Source: Anaerolineales bacterium (GTDB taxonomy: Bacteria > Chloroflexota > Anaerolineae > Anaerolineales > UBA11579). From it: a stretch of DNA of 64,000 bases. The first letter of the stretch is position 1. The number at the start of each line of letters is the position of its first letter. The notes beneath the pieces were generated by a model, which saw nothing but the letters and a program-made list of their open reading frames with translations, was not told the origin of the DNA and did no database searches. Where the stretch lies: NCBI GenBank assembly GCA_020059485.1, contig JAGVCA010000016.1:51890-115889 (forward strand), read 5' to 3'. The translations under genes and the position numbers were made by a program. Positions 29,235-37,756 of the stretch are shown piece by piece.

Positions 29235-31096
29235 TACCCCAGATGACTCTGAACTGCGTGTGCCAGCGCTTCATTGATCCCCCTGACTGCGGTCAGTTCG
29301 TCCAGGCTCGCGCTGCGGATCCGGTCGAGCGAGCCAAAATGAGACATCAGGGCTTTGCGTTTGGCCGGGCCGATCCCCGGGATAGTATCCAGAATTGACG
29401 TGATCCCCTCGCGAGAGCGGCGGTTGCGGTGTGCGGTGATCGCGAACCGGTGAGCCTCATCCCGAATGCGCTGCAGCAGGTACAGCCCTTCTGATTTGCG
29501 CGGCAGCAGCAGCCCTTCTTCTCGACCGTGGAGGAACAACTCCTCGTGCTGTTTGGCCAGGCCGGCCACCGGGAATTGACCGATCAGCCCAAATTCTTCA
29601 AGCACAGCCACCGCTCGGCTGAGCTGCCCTTTGCCGCCATCCACCACCAGCAGGTCCGGCAGCCGCGAAAAGGAGGGATCCGGTTTCTTCCCCGGCACGT
29701 CGGCCTGCTCCTCGGCGCCCTGCCAGCGTTTGAAGCGGCGGCGCAGCATCTCTTCCATACTGGCAAAATCGTCCGGACCGGTCACATTGCGGATATTAAA
29801 GCGCCGGTAGTGCGCCTTGCTCGGGATGCCCTGCTCAAAGACCACCATGCTGCCGACGATCGCCATGCCCTGGGTATTGGAAATATCGTAGCACTCGATC
29901 CTGTTGGGCGGCTGGTCCATGCCGAGCGCTTGTTGCAGGTCGGCCAGCGAATCGCTCTGGCGGTGGCGGTCGGCCTGCCACTGCTCCTGCAGTGAGGTCA
30001 GCGTTTCGGCTGCATTCTCGGTTGCCATCCGGATCAGGTCGCGCTTCTTGCCCCGCTGCGGGATCTTGATCTCGACCTTCTGGTCCGAGCGTTGGGCCAG
30101 CCACTGTTTGATGATCCCGGCTTCCTCGATCTCGGCTGGCAGCAGCACTTCTTTGGGGACCGCCGCAGCCTGCTCGTAAAATTGCTTGATGAACTCGGCC
30201 AGCACTTCCTGGTCATTGGTCTCGGTGTCCGCCCCTTCCATCAGGAAGTACTCCCGCCCGATCATCTTGCCGCCCCGGATGAAGAAGATCTGGATGCAGG
30301 CCTCACGCTCGCTGCGGGCGATGGCAATCACATCCGAATCGATATACTCGGTATCGAAGACCCGCTGCCGCTTGACGATCTCCTCGATCGCCCGCAGCTG
30401 GTCGCGCTTGATGGCGGCCTGCTCGAACTGCATCTGCTCGGAGTGGGCTGCCATCTCGAGCTGCAGCCGGGCGGTGATCTCATCGGTGCGGCCATTGAGG
30501 AAGGCGCACAGGTCGTCGATCATCTGGCGGTATTCCTGCTGGTCCACCTTGCCAATACACGGCGCGTTGCACAACTTGATGTCGTAATACAGGCAGGCCC
30601 GGCTGTCCTGCCCGGTGATCTCGCGGTCGCAGGTCAGATACGGGAAGATCTTGCGCAGCACATCCAGGGTCTTGTGCACCGCCCACACGCTGTAATACGG
30701 CCCGAAGTAGCGCGAGCCGTCATTGTGCATCTGGCGGGTAACCGTCACCTTTGGGAACGGCTCAGCCCAATGCACCTTGATGTACGGGTAGCGCTTGTCA
30801 TCCTTCAGCCGGACGTTGTAGCGCGGCCGGTGCTGCTTGATCAGGTTCATCTCCAGGATCAGGGCTTCCAGTTCCGAGCCGGTGATGATCCACTCAATAT
30901 CGGCGATCCGTTTGACCAGTTCAACTGTTTTGTGGGAATGCTGGGCGCTGTGATGGAAGTACGACCGCACCCGGGCGCGCAGGTTAACTGCCTTGCCGAC
31001 ATAGATGACCATGCCGCTTTCGTCCTTCATGATATAGCAGCCGGGTTTATCAGGCAGGGTGTCGAGGATCAGGGCGAGATGATCTGAGGCGGACAT
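29234..31096 (-). CDS. uvrC: Excinuclease ABC subunit C
   Basis: 620 aa. GIY-YIG N-terminus (GCYIMKDESGMVIYVGKAVNLRARV), a UVR domain and a C-terminal HhH. Confidence 0.95.
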   Translation of the reverse strand: MSASDHLALILDTLPDKPGCYIMKDESGMVIYVGKAVNLRARVRSYFHHSAQHSHKTVELVKRIADIEWIITGSELEALILEMNLIKQHRPRYNVRLKDDKRYPYIKVHWAEPFPKVTVTRQMHNDGSRYFGPYYSVWAVHKTLDVLRKIFPYLTCDREITGQDSRACLYYDIKLCNAPCIGKVDQQEYRQMIDDLCAFLNGRTDEITARLQLEMAAHSEQMQFEQAAIKRDQLRAIEEIVKRQRVFDTEYIDSDVIAIARSEREACIQIFFIRGGKMIGREYFLMEGADTETNDQEVLAEFIKQFYEQAAAVPKEVLLPAEIEEAGIIKQWLAQRSDQKVEIKIPQRGKKRDLIRMATENAAETLTSLQEQWQADRHRQSDSLADLQQALGMDQPPNRIECYDISNTQGMAIVGSMVVFEQGIPSKAHYRRFNIRNVTGPDDFASMEEMLRRRFKRWQGAEEQADVPGKKPDPSFSRLPDLLVVDGGKGQLSRAVAVLEEFGLIGQFPVAGLAKQHEELFLHGREEGLLLPRKSEGLYLLQRIRDEAHRFAITAHRNRRSREGITSILDTIPGIGPAKRKALMSHFGSLDRIRSASLDELTAVRGINEALAHAVQSHLG

Positions 31097-31140
31097 AAGG
31101 GAATTTTAACATAAGGAGCAGTCAACGAGGTTGACAGAAA

Positions 31141-31168
31141 ATGCCCCGGAGTGATCCGGGGCATTTTC
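31141..31168 (-). terminator. Intrinsic terminator after secreted-protein paralogue 1
   Basis: The hairpin contains GCCCCGGAGTGATCCGGGGC (31143-31162), with a T-run on the minus strand. Confidence 0.7.
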
Positions 31169-31205
31169 AAAAATCCAGTTCAGGAAGAAAGTTGGTTAAC
31201 AGGTG

Positions 31206-31787
31206 CTAATAATAACAAAACCCATAGTACCAGCCCAGACCGTATCCATTAACACCCGGACACGAGCCGTTCGGCATGAAGATATAGGTCCAGGTGCCGG
31301 GATAATATCCGGTTAAGATTGCCGTATCGCCGAAATTTGGTGGCGAAGGCGTACAATAGTCGCCGTAATACTCCCAAGACTCAGGCATCGGGCTGCCGTA
31401 GCCGGCATCATCGTATACCGGGTTGCAGAGCGGAATTGAAGGACTGATCTCCTCGATCGCGGTGACATACGTATCGAAGGAGAATCCGTTCACCACTACC
31501 TGGACGAACTTCCCGGCCAGTTCCTGATGCCCGCGACACAGCAGCACATCCGGTTTGTTACCCTTCGGTTTACAGTCCAGATCGAAGGCCTGCCCACTCC
31601 AGAATGCTTTTCCGTTGAAGGATTTGAATTCCCCGTAAATGATGAAGGTAAAGACTGTTTGGTCACCCCCACGAGAAACCGCATTGACCAGGGCCAATCT
31701 CTTTGATTCTGCCCCAGCCGCGGTGGTGGAAATTAACATGATCATCAAAGCCAGTAAAACCGCTACGAAAACACTTCGTTTTTTCAT
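31206..31787 (-). CDS. Secreted Cys/aromatic-rich protein of unknown family, paralogue 1
   Basis: The start at 31787 (MKKRSVFVAV) has RBS GGGAGGAAG and is followed by a signal peptide. It shares the N-domain and four conserved Cys with the two neighbouring genes. The track ORF start at 31988 is rejected. Confidence 0.7.
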   Translation of the reverse strand: MKKRSVFVAVLLALMIMLISTTAAGAESKRLALVNAVSRGGDQTVFTFIIYGEFKSFNGKAFWSGQAFDLDCKPKGNKPDVLLCRGHQELAGKFVQVVVNGFSFDTYVTAIEEISPSIPLCNPVYDDAGYGSPMPESWEYYGDYCTPSPPNFGDTAILTGYYPGTWTYIFMPNGSCPGVNGYGLGWYYGFCYY

Positions 31788-32017
31788 TTTCTTCCTCCCA
31801 ACTCTATAAATGGAAATATAGGTGATCCGTGCGGGTTCAAAATCCTGCAGACGGTCCTTTCCAGCCCGATCACCTCGTCGTTCACCATACGCGGGAGCCG
31901 GATGGTTACCCCGCTGTACAGTGTGTTGGCGGCAGTACCGCGATGAAATCAGATCAATCTTACCCAAATTATACAGTACCCTGGTCATAGTGTCTATCTA
32001 CCTTGACCTGAAGATTT

Positions 32018-32043
32018 AAAAAAGCCCCGGAGTGATCCGGGGC
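32018..32043 (-). terminator. Intrinsic terminator after paralogue 2
   Basis: The same 20-nt hairpin GCCCCGGAGTGATCCGGGGC (32024-32043), with a T6 run on the minus strand. Confidence 0.75.
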
Positions 32044-32081
32044 TGACTGAACTATTCGTTTTTCAGCGGTGAGTGATCGGG

Positions 32082-32636
32082 CTAATTTATGTAATACCAC
32101 CCAACCCCATACATGTTATAGGGCGGATAGTTACCATTAGGAAGGAACTCGTACCAATATGAGCTTCCCTCAGAATAATAGTCCGCCAGGTACGCAGTTG
32201 CTCCATATGCCGGTTGTGTCGGGGTGCAGTAGTCGCCGTAATATACCCAGGGATAATCTGCTGACCCACCACCCCAATCATACACCGGATTGCAGTAGCC
32301 CTCGTTGAGCCCGACAAAAGTGATGAAGCTGAATCCGTTGACCACCACCTGGACGGTCTTGCCGCCCAGCGTAGCCGCCCCCCGGCACAGCAGCACATCC
32401 GGTTTCTCACCACGCGGCGCGCAGCGCAGGTCATAGGCCTGACCGTTATAGTAAGCCGTCCCGTCGAAGTGATTAAACTCGCCGAAGATCATAAAAGTGA
32501 AGACCGCGTCACCGCCTGCCTTCGAGACTGCGCTGATGAATGCAAGTTTCTGCGTTTCCGCGCTGACTGCCGGAACCAGCATGGTTGCCAGGATCGCAAC
32601 CACCAGGATTGCCAATACAACAGATCTTGTCTTCAT
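32082..32636 (-). CDS. Secreted Cys/aromatic-rich protein of unknown family, paralogue 2
   Basis: 184 aa. Signal peptide ending VSA/ETQ. RBS GAGGAGG. Confidence 0.75.
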   Translation of the reverse strand: MKTRSVVLAILVVAILATMLVPAVSAETQKLAFISAVSKAGGDAVFTFMIFGEFNHFDGTAYYNGQAYDLRCAPRGEKPDVLLCRGAATLGGKTVQVVVNGFSFITFVGLNEGYCNPVYDWGGGSADYPWVYYGDYCTPTQPAYGATAYLADYYSEGSSYWYEFLPNGNYPPYNMYGVGWYYIN

Positions 32637-32724
32637 GAAAAACCTCCTCAGGTAGTTTGTAGGATGGTGACCAGGTACCGGGCAACCTGGTGCGCAGATA
32701 CCTTGTCGTTAATTTTTCCTTCTT

Positions 32725-33303
32725 TCAATTCGCTAAATCTGAGTGCCAATACCAACCTGAGCCAAATTGGTTAATGCCAGGAAGCATGCCATCCAGGAGA
32801 AACATATATGGCCTGACGATTGGACCCAAATAATAACCGGCAAGCCAGGCCATGTCACCATACTCTGGTTGGGTGGGTGTGCAGTAATCTCCGTGATCAA
32901 ACCACACATTCGGACTTAAAAAGTTGATATCATAAACCGGATAGCAGTAGCTCAGGCTTGGGGGACTCTCTGTGATCTCTACATAAGTGACGAAGCTGAA
33001 GCCGCTCACCACTACCTGGACGGTCTTCCCACCCAGCGCAGCCGCCCCCCGGCACAGCAGCACATCCGGTTTCTCACCGCGCGGCGCACAGCGCAGGTCA
33101 TACGCCTGGCCGTTATGGTAGGCGGTCCCGTCAAAGTTGTTTAACTCGCCGTAGATCAAAAAGGTGAAGACCGTCTCACCGCTTGCCTTCGAGACTGCGC
33201 TCATCAATGCAAGTTTCTGCGTTTCAGCGCTGACCGCGGGTACCGCCAGGGTCGCCAGCAACGCTACAACGAAAAACGCCAACACGACATTTTTCAATTT
33301 CAC
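32725..33303 (-). CDS. Secreted Cys/aromatic-rich protein of unknown family, paralogue 3
   Basis: 192 aa. GTG start with RBS AAGGAG. Signal peptide ending VSA/ETQ. Confidence 0.75.
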   Translation of the reverse strand: MKLKNVVLAFFVVALLATLAVPAVSAETQKLALMSAVSKASGETVFTFLIYGELNNFDGTAYHNGQAYDLRCAPRGEKPDVLLCRGAAALGGKTVQVVVSGFSFVTYVEITESPPSLSYCYPVYDINFLSPNVWFDHGDYCTPTQPEYGDMAWLAGYYLGPIVRPYMFLLDGMLPGINQFGSGWYWHSDLAN

Positions 33304-33715
33304 GTCTTTTCTCCTTAAACCAATCGGCCTGATAGATGTAGAAAACTTTTACTTATTCTGTACAGTGCAAGATCGCAGTCAATTTGCACCTCCTCCGGCA
33401 AGGCGGTCTCGAACACCGCCGTCCATGCCCAACTCCGTTACTTATAGCCCCGTTCCGATTAAGAATTTGGAAACTATACCTGAGACCAGCATAGCACAAT
33501 CTGAGCTTGAAGACTAGTACCAAAGTCCTATCAACCTTGATGGTTCGCTCACTAGCTTGAGAACTTGGCAGGGATTACCCCGGTCTTCCTGGCAGAGGAT
33601 AGGATCTTCATGAATCAAATAAGTCACCAGAAGCATCGGGATAACCAATCCTGCAACCCGGAGCGAGGATATCCGTATATACTGATAAAGTAGCAATTCC
33701 AAGGAGAATAGATCT

Positions 33716-34513
33716 ATGGAAACAAAAAGCAATAAACGAGATATCGGTTGGGGCGTGCTCATGATCACCTTCGGGGTGGCAGCACTGTTCAATATCTTTG
33801 GCAGCCTGACCGAATGGGCCATGGTTGGTCTGCTGGCACTCGGCGGCCTGGTCTGCCTGGTGATCTTCCTGACCGATCGCAAAGACTGGGTGCTGCTAAT
33901 CCCGGCGTACATCCTGCTGGCGATTGCCCTGATTGCCACACTGGCGATCACCAACCTGCTGCAGGGCGATATCCTGGCCTCAGGCGTTCTGGCGATCGTT
34001 GGGACCCCCTTCCTGGTCGTGTATCTTTTCAACCGGGCAGAAAATTGGTGGGCGCTGATCCCGGCTTGGGTACTGTTCTCGGTCGGTATCATGATCCTCG
34101 GGATTGGGCTGGGCATCTTGCAAGGCGGCATCCTCCCTCTGTACGTGCTGGCCGCCATCGGCTTGCCCTTCCTGGTGGTGTACTTCACCAACCGGGCCGA
34201 GAACTGGTGGGCGCTGATCCCGGCCTGGGTGATGATCTCGATTGGTTTCATGATCGCCCTGATCGATCTGCGCATCCTGAATGATCTGGCGATCCCGGCC
34301 TACGTGATGTTCGCCATCGCCCTGCCCTTCCTGGTGGTCTACTTCACCAACCGCAAGGGAAACCGCTGGGCACTGATCCCGGCCGGCGTCACCGGCGCGA
34401 TCGGGATCGGCTTCTTTGCCGGCACAAACCTGGCCCAATATGTTATCCCCCTGGTCCTGATTGGGGTCGGCGCACTGGTGCTGTTCGGCTCGTTCGCCCG
34501 CCGCGGCGCGTAA
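33716..34513 (+). CDS. Integral membrane protein built from four internal ~55-aa two-helix repeats
   Basis: The motif PFLVVYFTNR(A/K)(E/G)N(W/R)WALIPA recurs three times, with a degenerate first copy (LVIFLTDRKDWVLLIPA). Confidence 0.7.
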   Translation: METKSNKRDIGWGVLMITFGVAALFNIFGSLTEWAMVGLLALGGLVCLVIFLTDRKDWVLLIPAYILLAIALIATLAITNLLQGDILASGVLAIVGTPFLVVYLFNRAENWWALIPAWVLFSVGIMILGIGLGILQGGILPLYVLAAIGLPFLVVYFTNRAENWWALIPAWVMISIGFMIALIDLRILNDLAIPAYVMFAIALPFLVVYFTNRKGNRWALIPAGVTGAIGIGFFAGTNLAQYVIPLVLIGVGALVLFGSFARRGA

Positions 34514-34520
34514 TATCGCC

Positions 34521-35003
34521 GTGGACAAGACACTCGAAGCCCGCGTTGGAGAGCTCTTGCGCCAACGCGGGCTGACGCTGACCGCCGCTGAGTCTTGCAC
34601 CGGCGGTTTGGTCGGCCACCGGATCACCAATATCCCCGGCTCATCGGAATATTATCTAGGCTCGGTGACGGCTTATGCCTACGAAGCCAAGGTGCGCCTG
34701 CTCGGTGTCTCCTGGGAGACCCTCGAGAGCCATGGCGCGGTCAGCGATGCCACCGTGCTGGAGATGGCCCGCGGCGTCTGGACCGCGCTCGGTGCGGATA
34801 TCGGCATCGCCATCAGCGGCATCGCCGGCCCCGGCGGCGGCACCCCGGAAAAGCCGGTCGGCCTGGTACACTTTGGGCTGAGCACCGAACAGGGGCATCA
34901 GTCTGCCACCCACCGCATATTCCAGGGAGACCGCCTGGCTGTTAAGGAACAGTCCGCTGACTTTGTCCTTGGCTATCTGCTCGACTATCTCAAATCTGCC
35001 TGA
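34521..35003 (+). CDS. pncC: Nicotinamide-nucleotide amidohydrolase, CinA C-terminal (PncC) domain protein
   Basis: Motif LTLTAAESCTGGLVGHRITNIPGSS. The in-frame GTG at 34521 avoids overlapping the upstream gene; the track ATG at 34461 overlaps it. Confidence 0.85.
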   Translation: MDKTLEARVGELLRQRGLTLTAAESCTGGLVGHRITNIPGSSEYYLGSVTAYAYEAKVRLLGVSWETLESHGAVSDATVLEMARGVWTALGADIGIAISGIAGPGGGTPEKPVGLVHFGLSTEQGHQSATHRIFQGDRLAVKEQSADFVLGYLLDYLKSA

Positions 35004-35076
35004 TCCCGGCAGCCATTGTCCAACCGTCCAACATCCGCTATAATTCTGTCTCTCATGCCATCATGAAAGGTCACAA

Positions 35077-35598
35077 ATGAACCCAACTCCAGAAGAACTC
35101 CGCCGCGCCATGATCGCAGAGATGGACGCCAGTTTCGAACAGGTGCGCGCCTATCTCTCCACCCTCAGCGACCAGGAATGGCAGGGGCCAACCGACGACG
35201 AAGGCTGGACCATCCAGGACCATGTCATTCATATGGCTGTCTGGGCCGGTTCGATGGTCGCCGTGGCGGAGAAACAGCCGCGCTGGGAGGCGCTCGGCGT
35301 TGACCGCGACACCTGGAAGACCATCAAGCACGATTATGACCGCATCAACGCCGCCGTCCAGCGCAGATTCCAGGGATGGTCACGCAGTCAGGTATGGGCA
35401 GAATTCGAGCGCTCGCATCAAGCGCTGGTGGAAAAGGCCAGCACGATGACCATCGCGAACCTCGAACGGCCCTACTCCGAGTATCAGGACCTGGCGGAGA
35501 ACCAGAACGAGCCGCTGTATGCCTACATGAGCGGCAACAGCATCGGTCACTACGACGAACATCTCGGCTATATCCGCGCCATTCTTGGCGATCTTTGA
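35077..35598 (+). CDS. ClbS/DfsB-like or DinB-superfamily four-helix-bundle protein
   Basis: 173 aa. It has the pattern WTIQDHVIHMAVW ... SIGHYDEHLGYIR. The family assignment is tentative. Confidence 0.5.
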   Translation: MNPTPEELRRAMIAEMDASFEQVRAYLSTLSDQEWQGPTDDEGWTIQDHVIHMAVWAGSMVAVAEKQPRWEALGVDRDTWKTIKHDYDRINAAVQRRFQGWSRSQVWAEFERSHQALVEKASTMTIANLERPYSEYQDLAENQNEPLYAYMSGNSIGHYDEHLGYIRAILGDL

Positions 35599-35660
35599 AG
35601 GCCAGCCGGGTTTCGTTTGGTATAATAGTTGGGTTATTCCACTTCTCGAGGAGAAATCAT

Positions 35661-35810
35661 ATGGCTAAATCCAAGAAAAAAGGGCCGACACCGGTCAAGA
35701 AGGTCGAAACGAAACCGCGCAAATCCACCAGCCAGGTCATTTTCGCGGTTTTCGCAGTATTTATGGTCCTGTTGATGGTTGTGCCCTTGATCCTGAGCTT
35801 CTTCCAATAA
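35661..35810 (+). CDS. Small tail-anchored membrane protein (49 aa)
   Basis: ATG with RBS GAGGAG 6 nt upstream. Lys-rich N-terminus followed by one TM helix. It is embedded in a longer spurious track ORF (35376-35810). Confidence 0.5.
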   Translation: MAKSKKKGPTPVKKVETKPRKSTSQVIFAVFAVFMVLLMVVPLILSFFQ

Positions 35811-35866
35811 GCCAGACCGCAGTCCTGTCTTGTCCTAACAGGAGTGTTGGTAAACAAGACCACCTG

Positions 35867-36118
35867 ATGGATCAGCGGGGCACCAACCGGACGCTGATGA
35901 ACATGTCTTACGGCAACGCCTGGGGATTCTGCTTTGCCAATCGACCCAAATATCTCTTCACCGAATAGACTTTCGACCCTTCCGGAGATATTATCGTCTA
36001 CCAGCGCATCCCGCTGGAGACCGCCTTCGCCCGGCCCGAAATTTTGATGTATCATATTGATACGCAGGAGATTGTCTTCCTGACGGATAATGCCTCCCAG
36101 CCGACTTGGGTGCCCTAA
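35867..36118 (+). pseudogene. Remnant of a PD40/TolB-like beta-propeller protein with an in-frame TAG
   Basis: A single frame reads ...RPKYLFTE*TFDPSGDIIVYQRIPLETAFARPEILMYHIDTQEIVFLTDNASQPTWVP*. The TAG is at 35966-35968. The C-terminal part resembles a PD40 repeat. Confidence 0.35.
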
Positions 36119-36130
36119 CGGATCGGGACT

Positions 36131-36574
36131 ATGAGCAAACCAGCAGATCACCAGCAGCTCTTCGAAAACGCACTTGATCGTCTCCGTACATCCGGTTACA
36201 AGGTTACCGCCGCCCGGAGAGACCTCCTGAAGATCCTTTGCCAGACAGGTGACCATCTGACCTCTACCGATGTAATCGAAAAAGCCGCTCAAGCGAAACG
36301 CCCAATCGGTCGAGCCAGCGTATTCCGCACCCTGGACCTGCTGACCGAGTTGGGGATCATCCGCCCGACCTACCTGCACCGGGGCGCGCCAAACTACATC
36401 GTCATGCCTGAGAACGGCCACCATGCCCATATTATCTGCCGGGATTGCAGTCAGGTGATCGAGATCAATGAATGCAGCATTGATGAAATGATTGATGCGC
36501 TTGAAGTCCGGCACAATATAGAGATCACCGGTCACCTGCTTGAGCTGTATGGCAAATGTAAGGACTGTGAGTAA
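36131..36574 (+). CDS. zur: Fur-family metalloregulator, probably Zur
   Basis: 147 aa. It has a winged-helix N-terminus, HHAH, and CxxC...CxxC (CRDC, CKDC). It sits immediately upstream of the znuA-like gene. Confidence 0.75.
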   Translation: MSKPADHQQLFENALDRLRTSGYKVTAARRDLLKILCQTGDHLTSTDVIEKAAQAKRPIGRASVFRTLDLLTELGIIRPTYLHRGAPNYIVMPENGHHAHIICRDCSQVIEINECSIDEMIDALEVRHNIEITGHLLELYGKCKDCE

Positions 36575-36599
36575 GATTCCCGGCCCGTTCCCACTCTAT

Positions 36600-36677
36600 A
36601 ATTGAGACTCAGTATCGTTTACCTTGACAGTTCAGACTGATCCGGGTACACTATCTTATTGATACTTAATCTCAATT
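36600..36677 (+). promoter_or_regulatory. znuA promoter bracketed by inverted 17-mers (candidate Zur operators)
   Basis: TTGACA (36624-36629), a 17-nt spacer, then TACACT (36647-36652). AATTGAGACTCAGTATC at 36600-36616 matches the reverse complement of 36661-36677 (AATTGAGATTAAGTATC) at 15 of 17 positions. Confidence 0.5.
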
Positions 36678-36689
36678 GGAGTGATTGTG

Positions 36690-37697
36690 ATGACCTTCAG
36701 AAAATTACTCATCCTGACCATACTGGCAACACTGCTGGCGGCATGCAGCCCGGCTGATCACATCAATCCGCCAGGCGATTTGGCCCTGCCCGAGAACGGC
36801 GCGGTTTCCCTGGCATCTGGCGAAAAACTCACTGTCGTCGCCACCACCAGTTTCATCGGCGATGTCGCCGCCCAGGTTGCCGGGGACGCCATCAACCTGA
36901 CCACCCTGATCGGCGTTGGCCAAGATCCTCACGGCTTTGAACCCACCCCGCAGGACCTGGCCGCCATCGAGCGCGCCGATCTGATCCTGGTCAACGGCCT
37001 CGGCCTGGAAGAGGTTCTGCTGGAGGCGATTGGTGAGACCGCCGCCGCGCCGGTCGTCCCGGTTTCCGCCGGGATCGAACCCCTCGGGCATAACGATGAA
37101 CATGAAGAAAAAGAAGAAGACCACGAAGAAGGCGAGGACCACGGACACACAGCTGGCGATCCCCACTTTTGGGTAGACCCGAACAATGTCATCATCTGGG
37201 TAGAAAATATCCGCCAGGCTCTCTCGGTGGCTGACCCCAACAATGCCGAGCTGTACGCGGCCAATGCTGCCGCTTACCGCCAGCAGTTGGAAGAACTGGA
37301 TGCCTACATCCGGCAGCAGGTCGAAACCATCCCGCCCGCCAACCGCGAACTGATCACCGACCATGGCACCTTTTCCTATTTCGCGGAGGAGTATGGCTTC
37401 GAGATGATCGGCACGGTCATCCCGGGCTTTACCACCACTGCCGGCCCTTCCGCTGGTGATCTGGCTGACCTGCTGGCTTTGATCGCAGAGCACCAGGTCC
37501 CAGCCATTTTCGTCGGCGAGACCGCCCCGGAGAGCACCCGCAAACTGGCGGCTACCCTGGCCGTGGAATCCGGCACCGAGATCCAGGTCCTGACCTTGCT
37601 GACCGGGTCACTCGCCCCCGCAGGCCAGCCCGGCGACACCTACCTGGGCTACATGCGGTACAATATCGAGAAGATTGCCGCCGGGCTGTCTGAATAA
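36690..37697 (+). CDS. znuA: Metal ABC transporter substrate-binding lipoprotein, ZnuA-like
   Basis: Lipobox LLAAC. TroA-fold pattern. The His/acidic loop HNDEHEEKEEDHEEGEDHGH is typical of zinc-specific ZnuA. Confidence 0.85.
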   Translation: MTFRKLLILTILATLLAACSPADHINPPGDLALPENGAVSLASGEKLTVVATTSFIGDVAAQVAGDAINLTTLIGVGQDPHGFEPTPQDLAAIERADLILVNGLGLEEVLLEAIGETAAAPVVPVSAGIEPLGHNDEHEEKEEDHEEGEDHGHTAGDPHFWVDPNNVIIWVENIRQALSVADPNNAELYAANAAAYRQQLEELDAYIRQQVETIPPANRELITDHGTFSYFAEEYGFEMIGTVIPGFTTTAGPSAGDLADLLALIAEHQVPAIFVGETAPESTRKLAATLAVESGTEIQVLTLLTGSLAPAGQPGDTYLGYMRYNIEKIAAGLSE

Positions 37698-37756
37698 TCT
37701 CCCTAACTTCAACCACGCGGCAACAGGCGTAAATCCGTTGCCATTTATGAGGCCAG

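Noticed and set aside
33514-34275. 253-aa minus-strand ORF.
   Set aside because: It is antisense to the internally repeated membrane protein, and its repeats simply mirror that gene.
35657-36535. 292-aa minus-strand ORF.
   Set aside because: It spans three plus-strand features (a small protein, a remnant and the Fur-family gene) on the opposite strand. It has no domain or RBS.
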